A stretch of DNA of 64,000 nt. Source: Candidatus Raskinella chloraquaticus (GTDB lineage Bacteria > Pseudomonadota > Alphaproteobacteria > Rhizobiales > UBA4765). The position numbers were made by a program, and so were the translations under genes. The notes below the pieces were generated by a model, which was not told the DNA's origin, did no database searches, and was given only the letters and a program-made list of their open reading frames with translations. Shown here piece by piece: positions 1-10,227 of the stretch (position 1 is its first letter; every line of letters starts with the position of its first letter). Location of the stretch: NCBI GenBank assembly GCA_002365175.1, contig DEZK01000016.1, forward strand, positions 1,352 to 65,351. The letters are read 5' to 3'.

Positions 1-128
1 CCTCACCGCGAACCGTCGAGGACACATGGCGGAAGGCTGGACAAATCCTCGACCTCTTCTCGCCGGAGGAATGCGCAAACTATCTCAAAAACTCCGGATA
101 TGCTTCTGTCTAAAAACGCCATGCTCTA
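1..128 (+). mobile_element. Right end of an IS630-family element (transposase C-terminus, truncated by window edge)
   Basis: Frame 3 (3-113) reads SPRTVEDTWRKAGQILDLFSPEECANYLKNSGYASV*, a typical IS630 C-terminus. It is followed by ..CATGCTC-TA, consistent with an IR end plus TA target. Confidence 0.8.
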
Positions 129-201
129 ATATTTCGTCGTCGAAGAGCAATGAATACAAGGATACTTATCATGGATACCGTTGCATTATTCTCGATAAAC
201 T

Positions 202-1824
202 TTAATCTAAGCTGCTGATCCATTCACGTCCTGGCACAGCCTCGAAAAGGCTTCGCGTATAGGGATGCGACGGTGCTGCGAATATCTCGGCAGTGGCACC
301 ACGCTCAACGATCTCACCTCGTTGCATGATGGCGATTTCCTCGCACACAGTCGCGGCGACACGCAGATCATGCGTGATGAACAGCATCGACAGCCCAAAG
401 GATTTTCTCAGGTCGTTCAGAAGTTCGAGCACCTGCTTCTGCACCGAGACATCAAGGGCCGAGACCGGCTCATCGGCAACGATCAGCTTTGGCTTCACTG
501 CAAGGGCGCGGGCAATGCCGATACGTTGGCGTTGCCCGCCCGAGAACTCATGTGGATACCGGTCGACAGCATCCGGTTTGAGGCCGACGAGGCGCAGAAG
601 CTCGCGCGCCTCGGCAATGGCTTGTTCGCGGCTGACGCCATTGAGCATTGGCCCCAGCGCGATGATATCGCCAACACGCTGACGCGGGTTGAGCGACGCG
701 TATGGGTCCTGAAACACCATCTGCACATGCTTGCGAAAGGGGCGCAGTTCCGCACGTGTGCGACCGCTGATGCGTTCGCCGTCAATCTCGATCAAACCGC
801 TATCGACGCTCTCCAGCCCAATGACGCAGCGTGCAAGGGTCGATTTGCCTGAGCCAGATTCACCCACAAGAGCAAGAGAGCTTTCCCGCTTGAGTTCGAG
901 ATTGATCTTCTTGGCCGCGTGCACCTCGCGAACCGTGCCCCCGAACAAGCCGGATGACGTCCGGTAGGTTTTTTCAAGATTTGTGACGCGCAGAAGCACG
1001 TTTGAATCCGCGTCAAGTTCTTGCAGACGTGGCTTGAGCCCGGGAACAGCCGCAACGAGCGCCTTGGTATAGTCAGCCCGTGGCGCCCTGAGCACTTGAG
1101 TTGCAACGCCTTGCTCGACAACCTCCCCATGACGCATGACGGCAACCCGATCCGCAATTTCGGCAACGACGCCGAAATCATGAGTGATGAACAAGACAGC
1201 CGTTCCATGGGCGCGCTGAAGCTCCTTGATCAGGTGCAGGATTTGCGCCTGCGTCGTTACATCAAGCGCAGTCGTCGGCTCATCGGCAATGATCAGCGCC
1301 GGTTCGAGCGCCAGCGCCATCGCGATGACCACGCGCTGGCGCTGCCCGCCCGAGAGCTGATGCGGATAGCTCGCGATCATGCGCCCTGGCTCAGGCAAGT
1401 GAACATCGCGGATGAGGTCAAGCACCCGCTCGCGCCTTTGGAGCGGGGTCATCCTGGTGTGGATTTCCAGCACCTCTTCTATTTGCTGACCGACCTTCAT
1501 CAACGGGTTGAGAGCGGTCATCGGCTCCTGAAAGATCATCGCGATGCGCCCGCAGCGAATGGCGCGCATGTCGTCATCTGGCAGTTCGAGAAGATCACGC
1601 CCTTCGAACATGATCTTGCCGCCGACAGCGCGGACGTGTGGAGCGGGCAGCAATCCGAGAATGGCCTTTCCCATCATCGACTTGCCGGAGCCGGATTCGC
1701 CAACGATGCAGAGGATTTCCTTCTGCCGGATCTCAAGCGAAACACCGCCAACGGCAAATTTGCGGTCGGACCATGCCGGCAAAGCGACCTTGAGATGGTC
1801 GATGGAAAGAACGATGTCGGTCAT
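202..1824 (-). CDS. Peptide/nickel ABC transporter ATP-binding protein, fused double NBD (DppD/DppF-like)
   Basis: Two Walker A (GESGSGKS), LSGGQ/FSGGQ signatures, DEP Walker B, HPYT C-terminal motif. Confidence 0.95.
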   Translation of the reverse strand: MTDIVLSIDHLKVALPAWSDRKFAVGGVSLEIRQKEILCIVGESGSGKSMMGKAILGLLPAPHVRAVGGKIMFEGRDLLELPDDDMRAIRCGRIAMIFQEPMTALNPLMKVGQQIEEVLEIHTRMTPLQRRERVLDLIRDVHLPEPGRMIASYPHQLSGGQRQRVVIAMALALEPALIIADEPTTALDVTTQAQILHLIKELQRAHGTAVLFITHDFGVVAEIADRVAVMRHGEVVEQGVATQVLRAPRADYTKALVAAVPGLKPRLQELDADSNVLLRVTNLEKTYRTSSGLFGGTVREVHAAKKINLELKRESSLALVGESGSGKSTLARCVIGLESVDSGLIEIDGERISGRTRAELRPFRKHVQMVFQDPYASLNPRQRVGDIIALGPMLNGVSREQAIAEARELLRLVGLKPDAVDRYPHEFSGGQRQRIGIARALAVKPKLIVADEPVSALDVSVQKQVLELLNDLRKSFGLSMLFITHDLRVAATVCEEIAIMQRGEIVERGATAEIFAAPSHPYTRSLFEAVPGREWISSLD

Positions 1825-2648
1825 AGATCCGCGAGCCTCGGGTTGAGTGCATCGTTCAGGCCTTCACCAACCAGATTGATGGCCAAGACAGTGAGCAGGA
1901 TGGCAATGCCAGGAACGGTGACGAGCCACCAGGCCTCGCGCATGAAGGAGCGGCCAGCGCCAATCATGAAGCCCCAGCTCATCACGTTGGGGGCGCCAAG
2001 GCCAAGAAAGGACAGTGCGCTTTCGGCCAGAATCGCGGTAGCAATCAGCAGTGAACCCGTGACAATGAGCGGTGACAAGGTATTGGGCAGAACCTGTTTC
2101 AGCAGGATCGCTGCATCGCCTTGCCCCGCGACGACCGCCGCCTGCACAAATTCGCGCGACTTGACCGTCAGGACCTCGCCACGCACCACGCGGGCGATTG
2201 GAGGCCAGCTGACCGTGGCGATCGCCACCACAAGATTGAGCGCAGAGGGTGACAGGATCGCAATCAGCACAATGGCAAAGAGGAAGGAGGGAATTGTCTG
2301 AAAAAATTCAGTGAAACGCATGAGAACATCATCGATCAACCCTCCGTAGTATCCGGCAACAGCTCCCATGAAGGTGCCGAAGGCGACGGCAAACAGCGTA
2401 GCGAGAACGGCAATGAGGATTGTCGCGCGGGAACCATGAATGAGGCCAGCCAGCACATTGCGACCAAGACTATCCGTGCCAAGCCAGAATTCACCACCGG
2501 GCGCGGCCATTGGTTTGCCAACAATGGCGAAAGGGTCGGTTGGCGCCAGCACATTCGCGGCAATTGCGACGACGAGCAGCAATCCCAGCCATAAGAGTCC
2601 GAGATAAACGCGGGGATTGCCAAGAAACCGGGACCAGAATGTTTTCAT
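1821..2648 (-). CDS. Peptide ABC transporter permease (DppC-like)
   Basis: LGTDSLGR motif, EAA-like loop, AESALSFLGLG; overlaps ATPase start. Confidence 0.95.
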   Translation of the reverse strand: MKTFWSRFLGNPRVYLGLLWLGLLLVVAIAANVLAPTDPFAIVGKPMAAPGGEFWLGTDSLGRNVLAGLIHGSRATILIAVLATLFAVAFGTFMGAVAGYYGGLIDDVLMRFTEFFQTIPSFLFAIVLIAILSPSALNLVVAIATVSWPPIARVVRGEVLTVKSREFVQAAVVAGQGDAAILLKQVLPNTLSPLIVTGSLLIATAILAESALSFLGLGAPNVMSWGFMIGAGRSFMREAWWLVTVPGIAILLTVLAINLVGEGLNDALNPRLADL

Positions 2649-2653
2649 GGCGC

Positions 2654-3637
2654 TTACCCAATCCGAATACGTGGATCGAGGAAGACATAGATGACATCGA
2701 CGATCAGGTTGACGATGACAACAAGCACTGCCGACATGAAAAAGATGCCTAGCAGCAGGTTGTAATCGCGCGCGAACAGCGACTGATAGGCAAGCTGTCC
2801 GAGCCCCGGCCAGGCAAAGATGGCTTCAACCACCACCGAGCCCCCCAGCAGGCCACCAGTCTGCACGCCTGCCATGGTCACAACCGGTAACAAAGCGTTG
2901 CGGAAGACATGGCGCGTTGTGATCTTGCGCTCTGTCTGCCCCTTGGCGCGGGCGGTGATGACATAGTCCAGACCGCGCTGTTCGAGCATCGACGCACGCA
3001 TCAATCGGGCATAGAGCGCGAGGTAGAAGAGCGAGAGTGTGAGAGTCGGCAGCACGAGGTGATGCGCGATATCGACAAAGCGAGCCCAGCCTTCATGGAA
3101 GGCGACTACATCCTCCATGCCCGATGTCGGGAACCAGTCGAGCCAGATCGAGAACACCAGAACCAGCATCAAGCCAACCCAGAAGAGCGGCGTCGCATAT
3201 ACAATGATGGCCACAACCGAGATCACGTGATCCTTCCAGGTGCGCACCCAGAGCGCCGCCAGCAGGCCCATAAGAATGCCGAGCCCGAGCGATACGACAA
3301 GCGTTGAGCCCATCAGCAGCAGCGTTGGTCCCAATCGCTTCAGCAGCAGTTCAAGGACGGGAGCGCTCTGGCGGAACGAATAGCCAAGATCAAGAAACAG
3401 CAGGTTCTTCATGTAGTTGAAAAGTTGGACATAGACCGGCTGATCATGGCCGAACCGGGCGCGCAGTTGGTCGATGTACTCTTTTGGAGCTCCACCGGCT
3501 TCGCCAGCAAGAACGGTCGCAAGATCGCCCGGCGCAAGCTGGAGCAGCAAGAAATTCACGATCACGACGCCCAGTATGACCGGTATGGTCTGCAGGAGAC
3601 GCCGGGCGATGTAACTCCCCAAAGAACCGGATTTCAT
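2654..3637 (-). CDS. Peptide ABC transporter permease (DppB-like)
   Basis: APGD, DLGYSF, DYVITARAKG, VEAIFAWPGLG; start moved to ATG 3637 with GGAGG RBS. Confidence 0.95.
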   Translation of the reverse strand: MKSGSLGSYIARRLLQTIPVILGVVIVNFLLLQLAPGDLATVLAGEAGGAPKEYIDQLRARFGHDQPVYVQLFNYMKNLLFLDLGYSFRQSAPVLELLLKRLGPTLLLMGSTLVVSLGLGILMGLLAALWVRTWKDHVISVVAIIVYATPLFWVGLMLVLVFSIWLDWFPTSGMEDVVAFHEGWARFVDIAHHLVLPTLTLSLFYLALYARLMRASMLEQRGLDYVITARAKGQTERKITTRHVFRNALLPVVTMAGVQTGGLLGGSVVVEAIFAWPGLGQLAYQSLFARDYNLLLGIFFMSAVLVVIVNLIVDVIYVFLDPRIRIG

Positions 3638-3662
3638 GACCAGGCACCTCCAGCAAAGAAAG

Positions 3663-3692
3663 AGGGCGACCGGCAAAACTGCCGGCCGCCCT
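3663..3692 (-). terminator. GC-rich stem-loop downstream of SBP gene (mRNA stabiliser/attenuator)
   Basis: AGGGCGACCGGCA-AAAC-TGCCGGCCGCCCT, 13-bp stem with one imperfect pair. Confidence 0.6.
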
Positions 3693-3712
3693 GGCACTAT
3701 TTTTGTGGGTGC

Positions 3713-5296
3713 TTATTCCCGGTGCACCGTGGCAAAATTGCCGTAAATGCCCAATGGCGTGTCGATCACGTTCTTGAACTGCTTGTTGATGACAGTCGGA
3801 TAGGTCACCTCCAGGATATATGCGATGGGGCTTGCCTCGGAGACCTTTTGAACGAACTCCGCATAGAGTTTGCCGCGCGCAGCTTCATTGGGCTCAACAG
3901 CCGCTTTATCCATCAAGGCATCTGTTTCCGGGCTGGACCAGCGCGATCCGTTGACGAAGACGGTGCCGGGACGGATACGATCCGAATGTACAGCGCGATG
4001 CACGCCGAGTACGGGATCGGCGAGGTTGAAAAGGAAGTTAGAGGTGACAGCGAAATCATAGTCGGTGTAAGTCCGTTTCAGCCATTTCGGCAGGTCCTCG
4101 TAGCGGAGCGTTGCTTTCACGCCGATCTGTGCGAGATTCTGCTGAATGGTTTCGCCAAACCGCTGCCATTCCTCGCCATAGGGTGTAATGTCATGCGTGA
4201 ACTCGAAGCGCGTGCCATCCGCCTTTCTTGGAAAGCCTGCCTCATCAAGCAGCTTGTTTGCGCGCTCGATACGATCGGCCACAGTGAAGTCGATGCCGGG
4301 CGCAAAGAGACCTGAGGGCTGGAAGTTCGAGCTGATGATGCCCATCGCTGGTTTGCCGAAGCCAAACCAGACGTTCTCGATGGTGAAGTTTCGATCCGCC
4401 GCGTATGATATCGCCTGACGTACCTTCGGGTTATCGAAAGGTGCTTGTTTGGTGTTGAAGAGCAGCTCGACCATGGGCGAAATCATTTCGGTGCCCTTGG
4501 TGCTCACTTCGATGTTTGGACGCGCTGCCAACTTCTTCGCGTCGTTGTATGGTACTGCCCCAAGACCCGCGACATGGGCCTCGCCCTTTTCAAGAGCAGC
4601 GGTACGGGTTGAAGCGTCGGCGATGAAGCGTACAACGAGCCGGTCAAGGTAAGGCAGGCCAGCGCGCCAATAGTTCGGGTTCTTGTCAAGCCGGACAAAT
4701 TCGCCACGACGCCATTCGCCAAACTTGAAAGGGCCGGAGCCGATCGGTGTGTTGGCATTGGCATGTGTCTTGATGTCACCCTGCCCATAGATGTGCTTAG
4801 GCACAATCGGGCTCTCATAAGAGGACAGCGCCTTGAGAATGACTGGCGCAGGGGTTGCAAGCCGGAAGATTGCGGTATGCGCATCGGGGGTATCGACCGC
4901 GGTCACATCGCGGAAAGTGGCGATGCCGCGCGGATGGTTCTTCTTGAGCACTTCCATGATGGTGAACTGCACGTCTTCTGACGTGAAGGGTTTACCATCG
5001 TGGAATTTCACATCCTTGCGCAGCTTGAATGTGATTGACTTGCCATCAGGCGAGACCTCGAAACTTTCGGCCAGGGACGGCTTCGGCTTGAGGTCAAACC
5101 CATACTCGAGCAATCCGTCGAACACCTTGGCTGTGACCTGGCCGATCGGGGCTGATGTCGAAATATAGGGGGCAAGGTTGGGAGGCTCAGGCTGGGTGAT
5201 CTGCACCAGCGTACCACCCGATTTTTGCGCCATCGCGGGCAAGCTCAAAAGAGCTGTCGTTGCCAGTGCCAGAGCCAAAACAATACGTATGTTCAC
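3713..5296 (-). CDS. Peptide ABC transporter substrate-binding protein (SBP family 5)
   Basis: Signal peptide, LAES..DGK..F.LR..VKFHDGKPFT.EDV motif, PIGSGPFK. Confidence 0.95.
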   Translation of the reverse strand: MNIRIVLALALATTALLSLPAMAQKSGGTLVQITQPEPPNLAPYISTSAPIGQVTAKVFDGLLEYGFDLKPKPSLAESFEVSPDGKSITFKLRKDVKFHDGKPFTSEDVQFTIMEVLKKNHPRGIATFRDVTAVDTPDAHTAIFRLATPAPVILKALSSYESPIVPKHIYGQGDIKTHANANTPIGSGPFKFGEWRRGEFVRLDKNPNYWRAGLPYLDRLVVRFIADASTRTAALEKGEAHVAGLGAVPYNDAKKLAARPNIEVSTKGTEMISPMVELLFNTKQAPFDNPKVRQAISYAADRNFTIENVWFGFGKPAMGIISSNFQPSGLFAPGIDFTVADRIERANKLLDEAGFPRKADGTRFEFTHDITPYGEEWQRFGETIQQNLAQIGVKATLRYEDLPKWLKRTYTDYDFAVTSNFLFNLADPVLGVHRAVHSDRIRPGTVFVNGSRWSSPETDALMDKAAVEPNEAARGKLYAEFVQKVSEASPIAYILEVTYPTVINKQFKNVIDTPLGIYGNFATVHRE

Positions 5297-5434
5297 CTCA
5301 GCGTCTCCTGTTTCTCGTTCATATGCAAATTCGATGCTAATCGCCCCCGAAGTCCCCGAATTGGGCTTTCGAATTCCAGATTAATGAGTATTGCCATATT
5401 CCCCTTGCTGGCAAGGTCAGATAGAGAGGACTAC

Positions 5435-6757
5435 ATGCTGGTTTCTGAACTCTCTGTGCGAGATATCGCCCGCCTGAGCGCCGGTGGCCAACTGTCCGCT
5501 CGTTCGATCACTGGGCACTTTCTCGATGCGATCGCCGCTGAAAATGACAAGTTGCATGCGTTCGTCGAGATTTTCGCCGGGTCAGCGATACGTCGCGCCG
5601 AGGAACTCGACACGGTTGCATGCCGGTCGGGGGCAGTAGGCCCTCTGCACGGCGTGCCGATCGCCGTTAAAGACCTCGCTCAGATCGGTAACCGCTCTCC
5701 CGGGTTTGGCTCGAAATGCTATGCGCCGCTGCAAGGAGCGACGACGGCTCCAGCCATCCAGCGCCTCATCGACGCCGGGGCCGTCATCATCGGCATGACG
5801 CATATGGTGGAGTTTGCCATCGGCGGCTGGGGAACCAACCATGCGATGAGCACACCTTGGAACCCGGTCGATCGTGATGTGCATCGCGTGCCGGGTGGAT
5901 CAAGCAGCGGTTCTGCAGTAGCCGTTGCTGCCGGGCTGGTGCCAGCGGCCATCGGCTCCGATACGGGCGGATCAATCCGCATTCCGGCGTCGCTATGCGG
6001 GATTGTCGGGTTCAAGCCGAGCTTTGGCAGCATTCCGCTGGAAGGCATTGCGCCTCTCGGCCCCGATTTCGATACGCTCGGACCAATCACACGAAACGTT
6101 GCGGATGCGCGCCTGCTGTTCTCTGTTATGGCCGGACTGCCTGTGCAGGAAAAGAGAATCGGAAAGTCGCTTCATGTCGGGGTGCCGGCAAGCGAACAGC
6201 TCGCACCTTGCGACCCTGAGGTGCTCTCGAACTTTGAACGCTCGATCGAGTCATTGCGCTCAGCCGGCCACAAGGTTGAAATTTTCTCCTTCCCCAAGGC
6301 GATGACCGCATATCAGGCGCTCAATGGCAAAATCGTTGCCCGTGATGCCTATCGCCAGCACAGAGCGCTCGCCGAGGACTCTACAACCGCGCTGGACCCT
6401 TATGTCCGCCAACGCGTTCTGGCCGGTCGGGACATTGATGATGCGCGGTACGACGCGCTTTTGGAGGATCGTGCTGCCGCGATTGCTGAATTCAGATCGG
6501 GATACACGCGCTTCGATATCTTCGCACTGCCCGGCACCCCTTTGCCCGCGATTCCTGTCAGTGCCGTAGATGAATCGACGATCCCGATGTCCCGTTACAC
6601 CAGAGTCGGCAATTGCCTTGACCTTTGTGGGCTGAGCCTTCCGAATGGCGTCACCTCGACAGGGTTGCCCACGGGCTTGCAGCTGATGTCCTGGAGCGGT
6701 GCAGACGCTGAACTGCTGGATTTCGCTGAACAGGTTTCTCAGGGTATCGGTAGCTGA
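5435..6757 (+). CDS. Amidase-signature family amidase
   Basis: GPLHGVPIAVKD (catalytic Lys), GGSSSGS, GSDTGGSIRIPA (Ser-cisSer-Lys triad); GAGGA RBS before ATG 5435. Confidence 0.93.
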   Translation: MLVSELSVRDIARLSAGGQLSARSITGHFLDAIAAENDKLHAFVEIFAGSAIRRAEELDTVACRSGAVGPLHGVPIAVKDLAQIGNRSPGFGSKCYAPLQGATTAPAIQRLIDAGAVIIGMTHMVEFAIGGWGTNHAMSTPWNPVDRDVHRVPGGSSSGSAVAVAAGLVPAAIGSDTGGSIRIPASLCGIVGFKPSFGSIPLEGIAPLGPDFDTLGPITRNVADARLLFSVMAGLPVQEKRIGKSLHVGVPASEQLAPCDPEVLSNFERSIESLRSAGHKVEIFSFPKAMTAYQALNGKIVARDAYRQHRALAEDSTTALDPYVRQRVLAGRDIDDARYDALLEDRAAAIAEFRSGYTRFDIFALPGTPLPAIPVSAVDESTIPMSRYTRVGNCLDLCGLSLPNGVTSTGLPTGLQLMSWSGADAELLDFAEQVSQGIGS

Positions 6758-6809
6758 CATTGGCGTGCTGGCCAGCAATACTGCATTCGATCTGCAAGGG
6801 ACCAAGGGC

Positions 6810-7514
6810 ATGGCAGGGCGCCGACTGATCGGGATATTGGGCGGCATGGGCCCGCTCGCGACCGTTGATTTCATGCAGAAGGTGATTGAGGCGACCCCGG
6901 CTGAGCGGGATCAGGACCACGTTCCTCTGATCGTGTATTCCGTTCCGCAGATTCCTGACCGGGTTGGCGCGGCTTCTGCCGGAACCGATGAACCATTGCC
7001 AGCAATGCTCACCGGAATAAGGACGCTGGAGCAAGCAGGTGTCGCGGCGATCGCAATTGCCTGCAATACGGCGCATGCCTGGTATGATCAACTCGCTGCC
7101 TCGACCAAGGTCAAGATCATCCATATGGCGCAGGCGGTGATCTCAGCTGCCGCGCAGAACAACGGGCCCGTTGCCTTGATGGCAACTGTGGGCACCCTTC
7201 AGGCTGGCATCTACCAAGGTTACTTGGAAAAGGCAGGATGGCATGCGCTTGTGCCACAACCCGATGTTCAGAAAGTGATCAATGACGCCATCGCTGCCGT
7301 GAAACTTGGGGAAATCGAACGCGCACGGGTCAGCTTCGATGTTGCCGGAGCCAGTCTGCTTGCCTCAGGCGCGGATCGGCTTTTGCTTGCCTGCACAGAG
7401 CTCCCGGTTGCGGCAAAGGGCTCGATCCACGAGGCCCGCTGCCTCGATGCTACCGCTTGCTTGGCACAAGATTGTGTTGCGTTCTCCTGCGGCCTCGATG
7501 GCAACGCGATATGA
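6810..7514 (+). CDS. Aspartate/glutamate racemase family protein (RacX/YgeA-like)
   Basis: IGILGGMGP, IPDR, two catalytic Cys in IACNTAH and LACTEL. Confidence 0.9.
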   Translation: MAGRRLIGILGGMGPLATVDFMQKVIEATPAERDQDHVPLIVYSVPQIPDRVGAASAGTDEPLPAMLTGIRTLEQAGVAAIAIACNTAHAWYDQLAASTKVKIIHMAQAVISAAAQNNGPVALMATVGTLQAGIYQGYLEKAGWHALVPQPDVQKVINDAIAAVKLGEIERARVSFDVAGASLLASGADRLLLACTELPVAAKGSIHEARCLDATACLAQDCVAFSCGLDGNAI

Positions 7515-7644
7515 GTGTAGTGCCGATCCAGTGCCAACGGTTCACGGGTTTTGCCTTCGCGTTGGCGTATGACCGGGGGATCAAACCATGCACGAGCATG
7601 CGCCTTGAACCACTTTGTGGGAACAGATCTTCAGGTGCACACCT

Positions 7645-9204
7645 TCATGTGGCGACCTGTGCGAGACGATATTCGTCGCGTATTTTGCGTTTGAGCAGTT
7701 TTCCAGTTGGCGATCGGGGGAACTCGGTACGGAAGTCTATGCTTCGCGGGCATTTCAACGCGGATAGTCGAAGCCGGCAAAAGGTAATGAGTTCGCCAGC
7801 AAGATTTTCGTTGGCTTCATAACCATCAGCAAGTTGAACAACGGCTTTGACTTCCTCGCCAAACTCCTCATTCGGAATGCCGATCACGGCGGCATCAAGC
7901 ACCGCTTCGTGCTGCAACAATAGGTTCTCTATTTCCTGCGGATAGATGTTGACGCCGCCCGAAATGATCACAAAGGACTTTCTGTCTGTGAGGTAGAGGT
8001 AGCCTTCATCATCGAGGCGACCAATATCCCCTAAAGTGGTCCAGCCTCGCGCATTGCGACTAGAGGCGGTCTTCTCAGCATCATTGTGATACTCGAACTG
8101 GTGCCCATTTTCAAAAAAGACTTCACCCTCCACGCCGACCGGTAGTTCAACACCACTCTCATCGCAGATATGAATAGTGCCCAGCTTGGCCTTCCCCACT
8201 GAACCGGTATGGCGCTGCCATTCCCCCGTTGTGAGGGCCGTGAAACCATTATTCTCGGTGCCCGCGTAATACTCGTGAATGATGGGACCCCACCATTCGA
8301 TCATGCGATGTTTGACATCGATCGGGCATGGCGCCGCAGCATGCACCGCCATCGACATAGACTTGAGTGAGTATCGTTTGCGCACGCCTTCCGGCAGTTT
8401 CAGCAGGCGCACGAACATCGTTGGTACCCACTGGCTGTGCGTGATGCGCTCGGCGTCTATCAGGGCGAGCGCTGCCTCCGCATCGAACTTCGGCATGACC
8501 ACCGCCGAGCCGCCTGTACGGATGGTCACCATAGTATGGCGCAGCGGTGCAGCGTGATAAAGAGGGGCCGTGCACAGGTAGCGGGTTCCCGCACCGTAGC
8601 CAAACAACTCCGACAAAAGCTCGATCAGCATGGATGAACTGCCGACAGGTTGATCGGGCAACGCCCATTTCACTCCTTTCGGCCGCCCAGTCGTGCCAGA
8701 CGAATAGAGCATGTCGAGTCCTTGCGATTCATCTGGGATTGGCGTCGCCTGCGCGGCAGAAGCAATTTCGGTAAAGCTTGGAAGTGCGCCCTCGCCTCGC
8801 CCGATGACCATGATCGGGCAACTCCCAGAAAGCAGATCGGCATAGCCGCGAATGCGAGCAATCAATGTATCAGAGACTAGCACCAAAGAGGCACCGCAAT
8901 CCTGAATTATATAATGGATTTCATCGTCAGTCAGATGCGTGCTGGCAGTCGTGTAATAAAGACCAGTCCGATCGGCGGCGAAGCAGATTTCGAGGAACTC
9001 TCGGCGATTTTCCATCAGGACGACGATGTGATCGCCACGCTTCAGTCCGAGTTGGCGGAACGTATGCGCCGCCTGGTTTGCCCGCGCTTCAAGCTGGCCG
9101 AAGGTCACCGCGTCGGGGCTTGTGCTGACCCGGTAAGCAATTTCATCGGGGCGTTCAATCGCGTGGCGGCGCGGATGAAACGGTGGGATATCATGCAGCG
9201 TCAT
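7645..9204 (-). CDS. Acyl-CoA synthetase (AMP-forming)
   Basis: YSSGTTGRPKG AMP-binding motif, YYAGTE, GDIG, SGGVNIYPQE, PTGKL. Confidence 0.93.
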   Translation of the reverse strand: MTLHDIPPFHPRRHAIERPDEIAYRVSTSPDAVTFGQLEARANQAAHTFRQLGLKRGDHIVVLMENRREFLEICFAADRTGLYYTTASTHLTDDEIHYIIQDCGASLVLVSDTLIARIRGYADLLSGSCPIMVIGRGEGALPSFTEIASAAQATPIPDESQGLDMLYSSGTTGRPKGVKWALPDQPVGSSSMLIELLSELFGYGAGTRYLCTAPLYHAAPLRHTMVTIRTGGSAVVMPKFDAEAALALIDAERITHSQWVPTMFVRLLKLPEGVRKRYSLKSMSMAVHAAAPCPIDVKHRMIEWWGPIIHEYYAGTENNGFTALTTGEWQRHTGSVGKAKLGTIHICDESGVELPVGVEGEVFFENGHQFEYHNDAEKTASSRNARGWTTLGDIGRLDDEGYLYLTDRKSFVIISGGVNIYPQEIENLLLQHEAVLDAAVIGIPNEEFGEEVKAVVQLADGYEANENLAGELITFCRLRLSALKCPRSIDFRTEFPRSPTGKLLKRKIRDEYRLAQVAT

Positions 9205-10222
9205 GATCAAACCGGATGATGGTTTTGCCAAGCCCCGTCGGTTTGGCCGTCTCGGCCAAGGCAGCCTTCAGATCACTGAAACCGAATGTCTTGCCGATGA
9301 CCGGGCGTAGTCTGTGCTGTGCCATTGCCGTGAGCATCGCCTCGAACCCGTCACGATGCCCGACGGTCACGCCCTGTAAGCGCACCTGTCGGGTCACGAC
9401 AGCGCCAAGTGGCAAGGTCGGCGACAAACCAGATAGAACGCCGATCAAGGCAATCGTGCCACCAATTCGGACGCTCTTGATCGACTGCACGAGTGTCGCT
9501 TCGCCGCCAACCTCGACGATCTTGTCGAAGCCCCCTCGCTCAGCAGCAATCTTCCGGGCGACCTGTGACCATTCCGGCGTCGTGCTGTAGTTCACGGTCG
9601 TGTCGGCGCCGAGGTTTTGGGCTTGCTCCAGCTTGTCATCGCTAGATGAGATGATCGTGACATGCGCGCCATGGAGCTTGGCGAATGCAAGCGCGAACAA
9701 TGCGACGCCGCCAGTACCCTGGACAAGAACACGGTCACCTGGCCGAGTGGCCGCGTGGGTCGCAATGGCGCTCCACGCGGTGAGCGCTGCGCACGGCAGC
9801 GTGGCCGCCTCCTCATGTGTCAGGTAGTCGGGAACGCGCACGATCCCTTGCTCAGAAAGGCACATGTATTCTGTCATTACGCCATCAAGCGGCCCGCCGA
9901 GGGCCGTTGCGAAACGCTCCTGCGTTGGCTCGCCACTGATCCAGCCCTGAAAATAGGTTGGGCAAACCCTGTCGCCGACCTTCACCCTGGTGACATGATC
10001 ACCCACGGCAACAACCGTGCCGACACCATCCGAGATCGGGATCAGCGGCAATTCGCCGGTGGCGCGGCCATACCCGCGAACCGGGACAATCAGATCACGC
10101 GCATTCAATGACGCCGCATGCATGCGGATGAGAACCTGCCCGGCTACCGGCACCGGTTTAGGTCGCTCCGCGAGTTTGAGGTGATCGAACCCCCAGTCCC
10201 CCTCGATCTGGAAAACACGCAT
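9191..10222 (-). CDS. NAD(P)-dependent medium-chain dehydrogenase/reductase (Zn-independent, quinone/enoyl reductase-like)
   Basis: ASLNARD, PISDGVG, LPCAALTAW, VQGTGGV; start set at MRVFQIEG. Confidence 0.88.
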   Translation of the reverse strand: MRVFQIEGDWGFDHLKLAERPKPVPVAGQVLIRMHAASLNARDLIVPVRGYGRATGELPLIPISDGVGTVVAVGDHVTRVKVGDRVCPTYFQGWISGEPTQERFATALGGPLDGVMTEYMCLSEQGIVRVPDYLTHEEAATLPCAALTAWSAIATHAATRPGDRVLVQGTGGVALFALAFAKLHGAHVTIISSSDDKLEQAQNLGADTTVNYSTTPEWSQVARKIAAERGGFDKIVEVGGEATLVQSIKSVRIGGTIALIGVLSGLSPTLPLGAVVTRQVRLQGVTVGHRDGFEAMLTAMAQHRLRPVIGKTFGFSDLKAALAETAKPTGLGKTIIRFDHDAA

Positions 10223-10227
10223 GTTGC

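Noticed and set aside
1021-2301. Long antisense ORFs (also 18062-19186, 27054-27983, 52461-53600, 54557-55483, 62601-63872)
   Set aside because: Shadow frames opposite well-supported genes in GC-rich DNA, with no recognisable motifs
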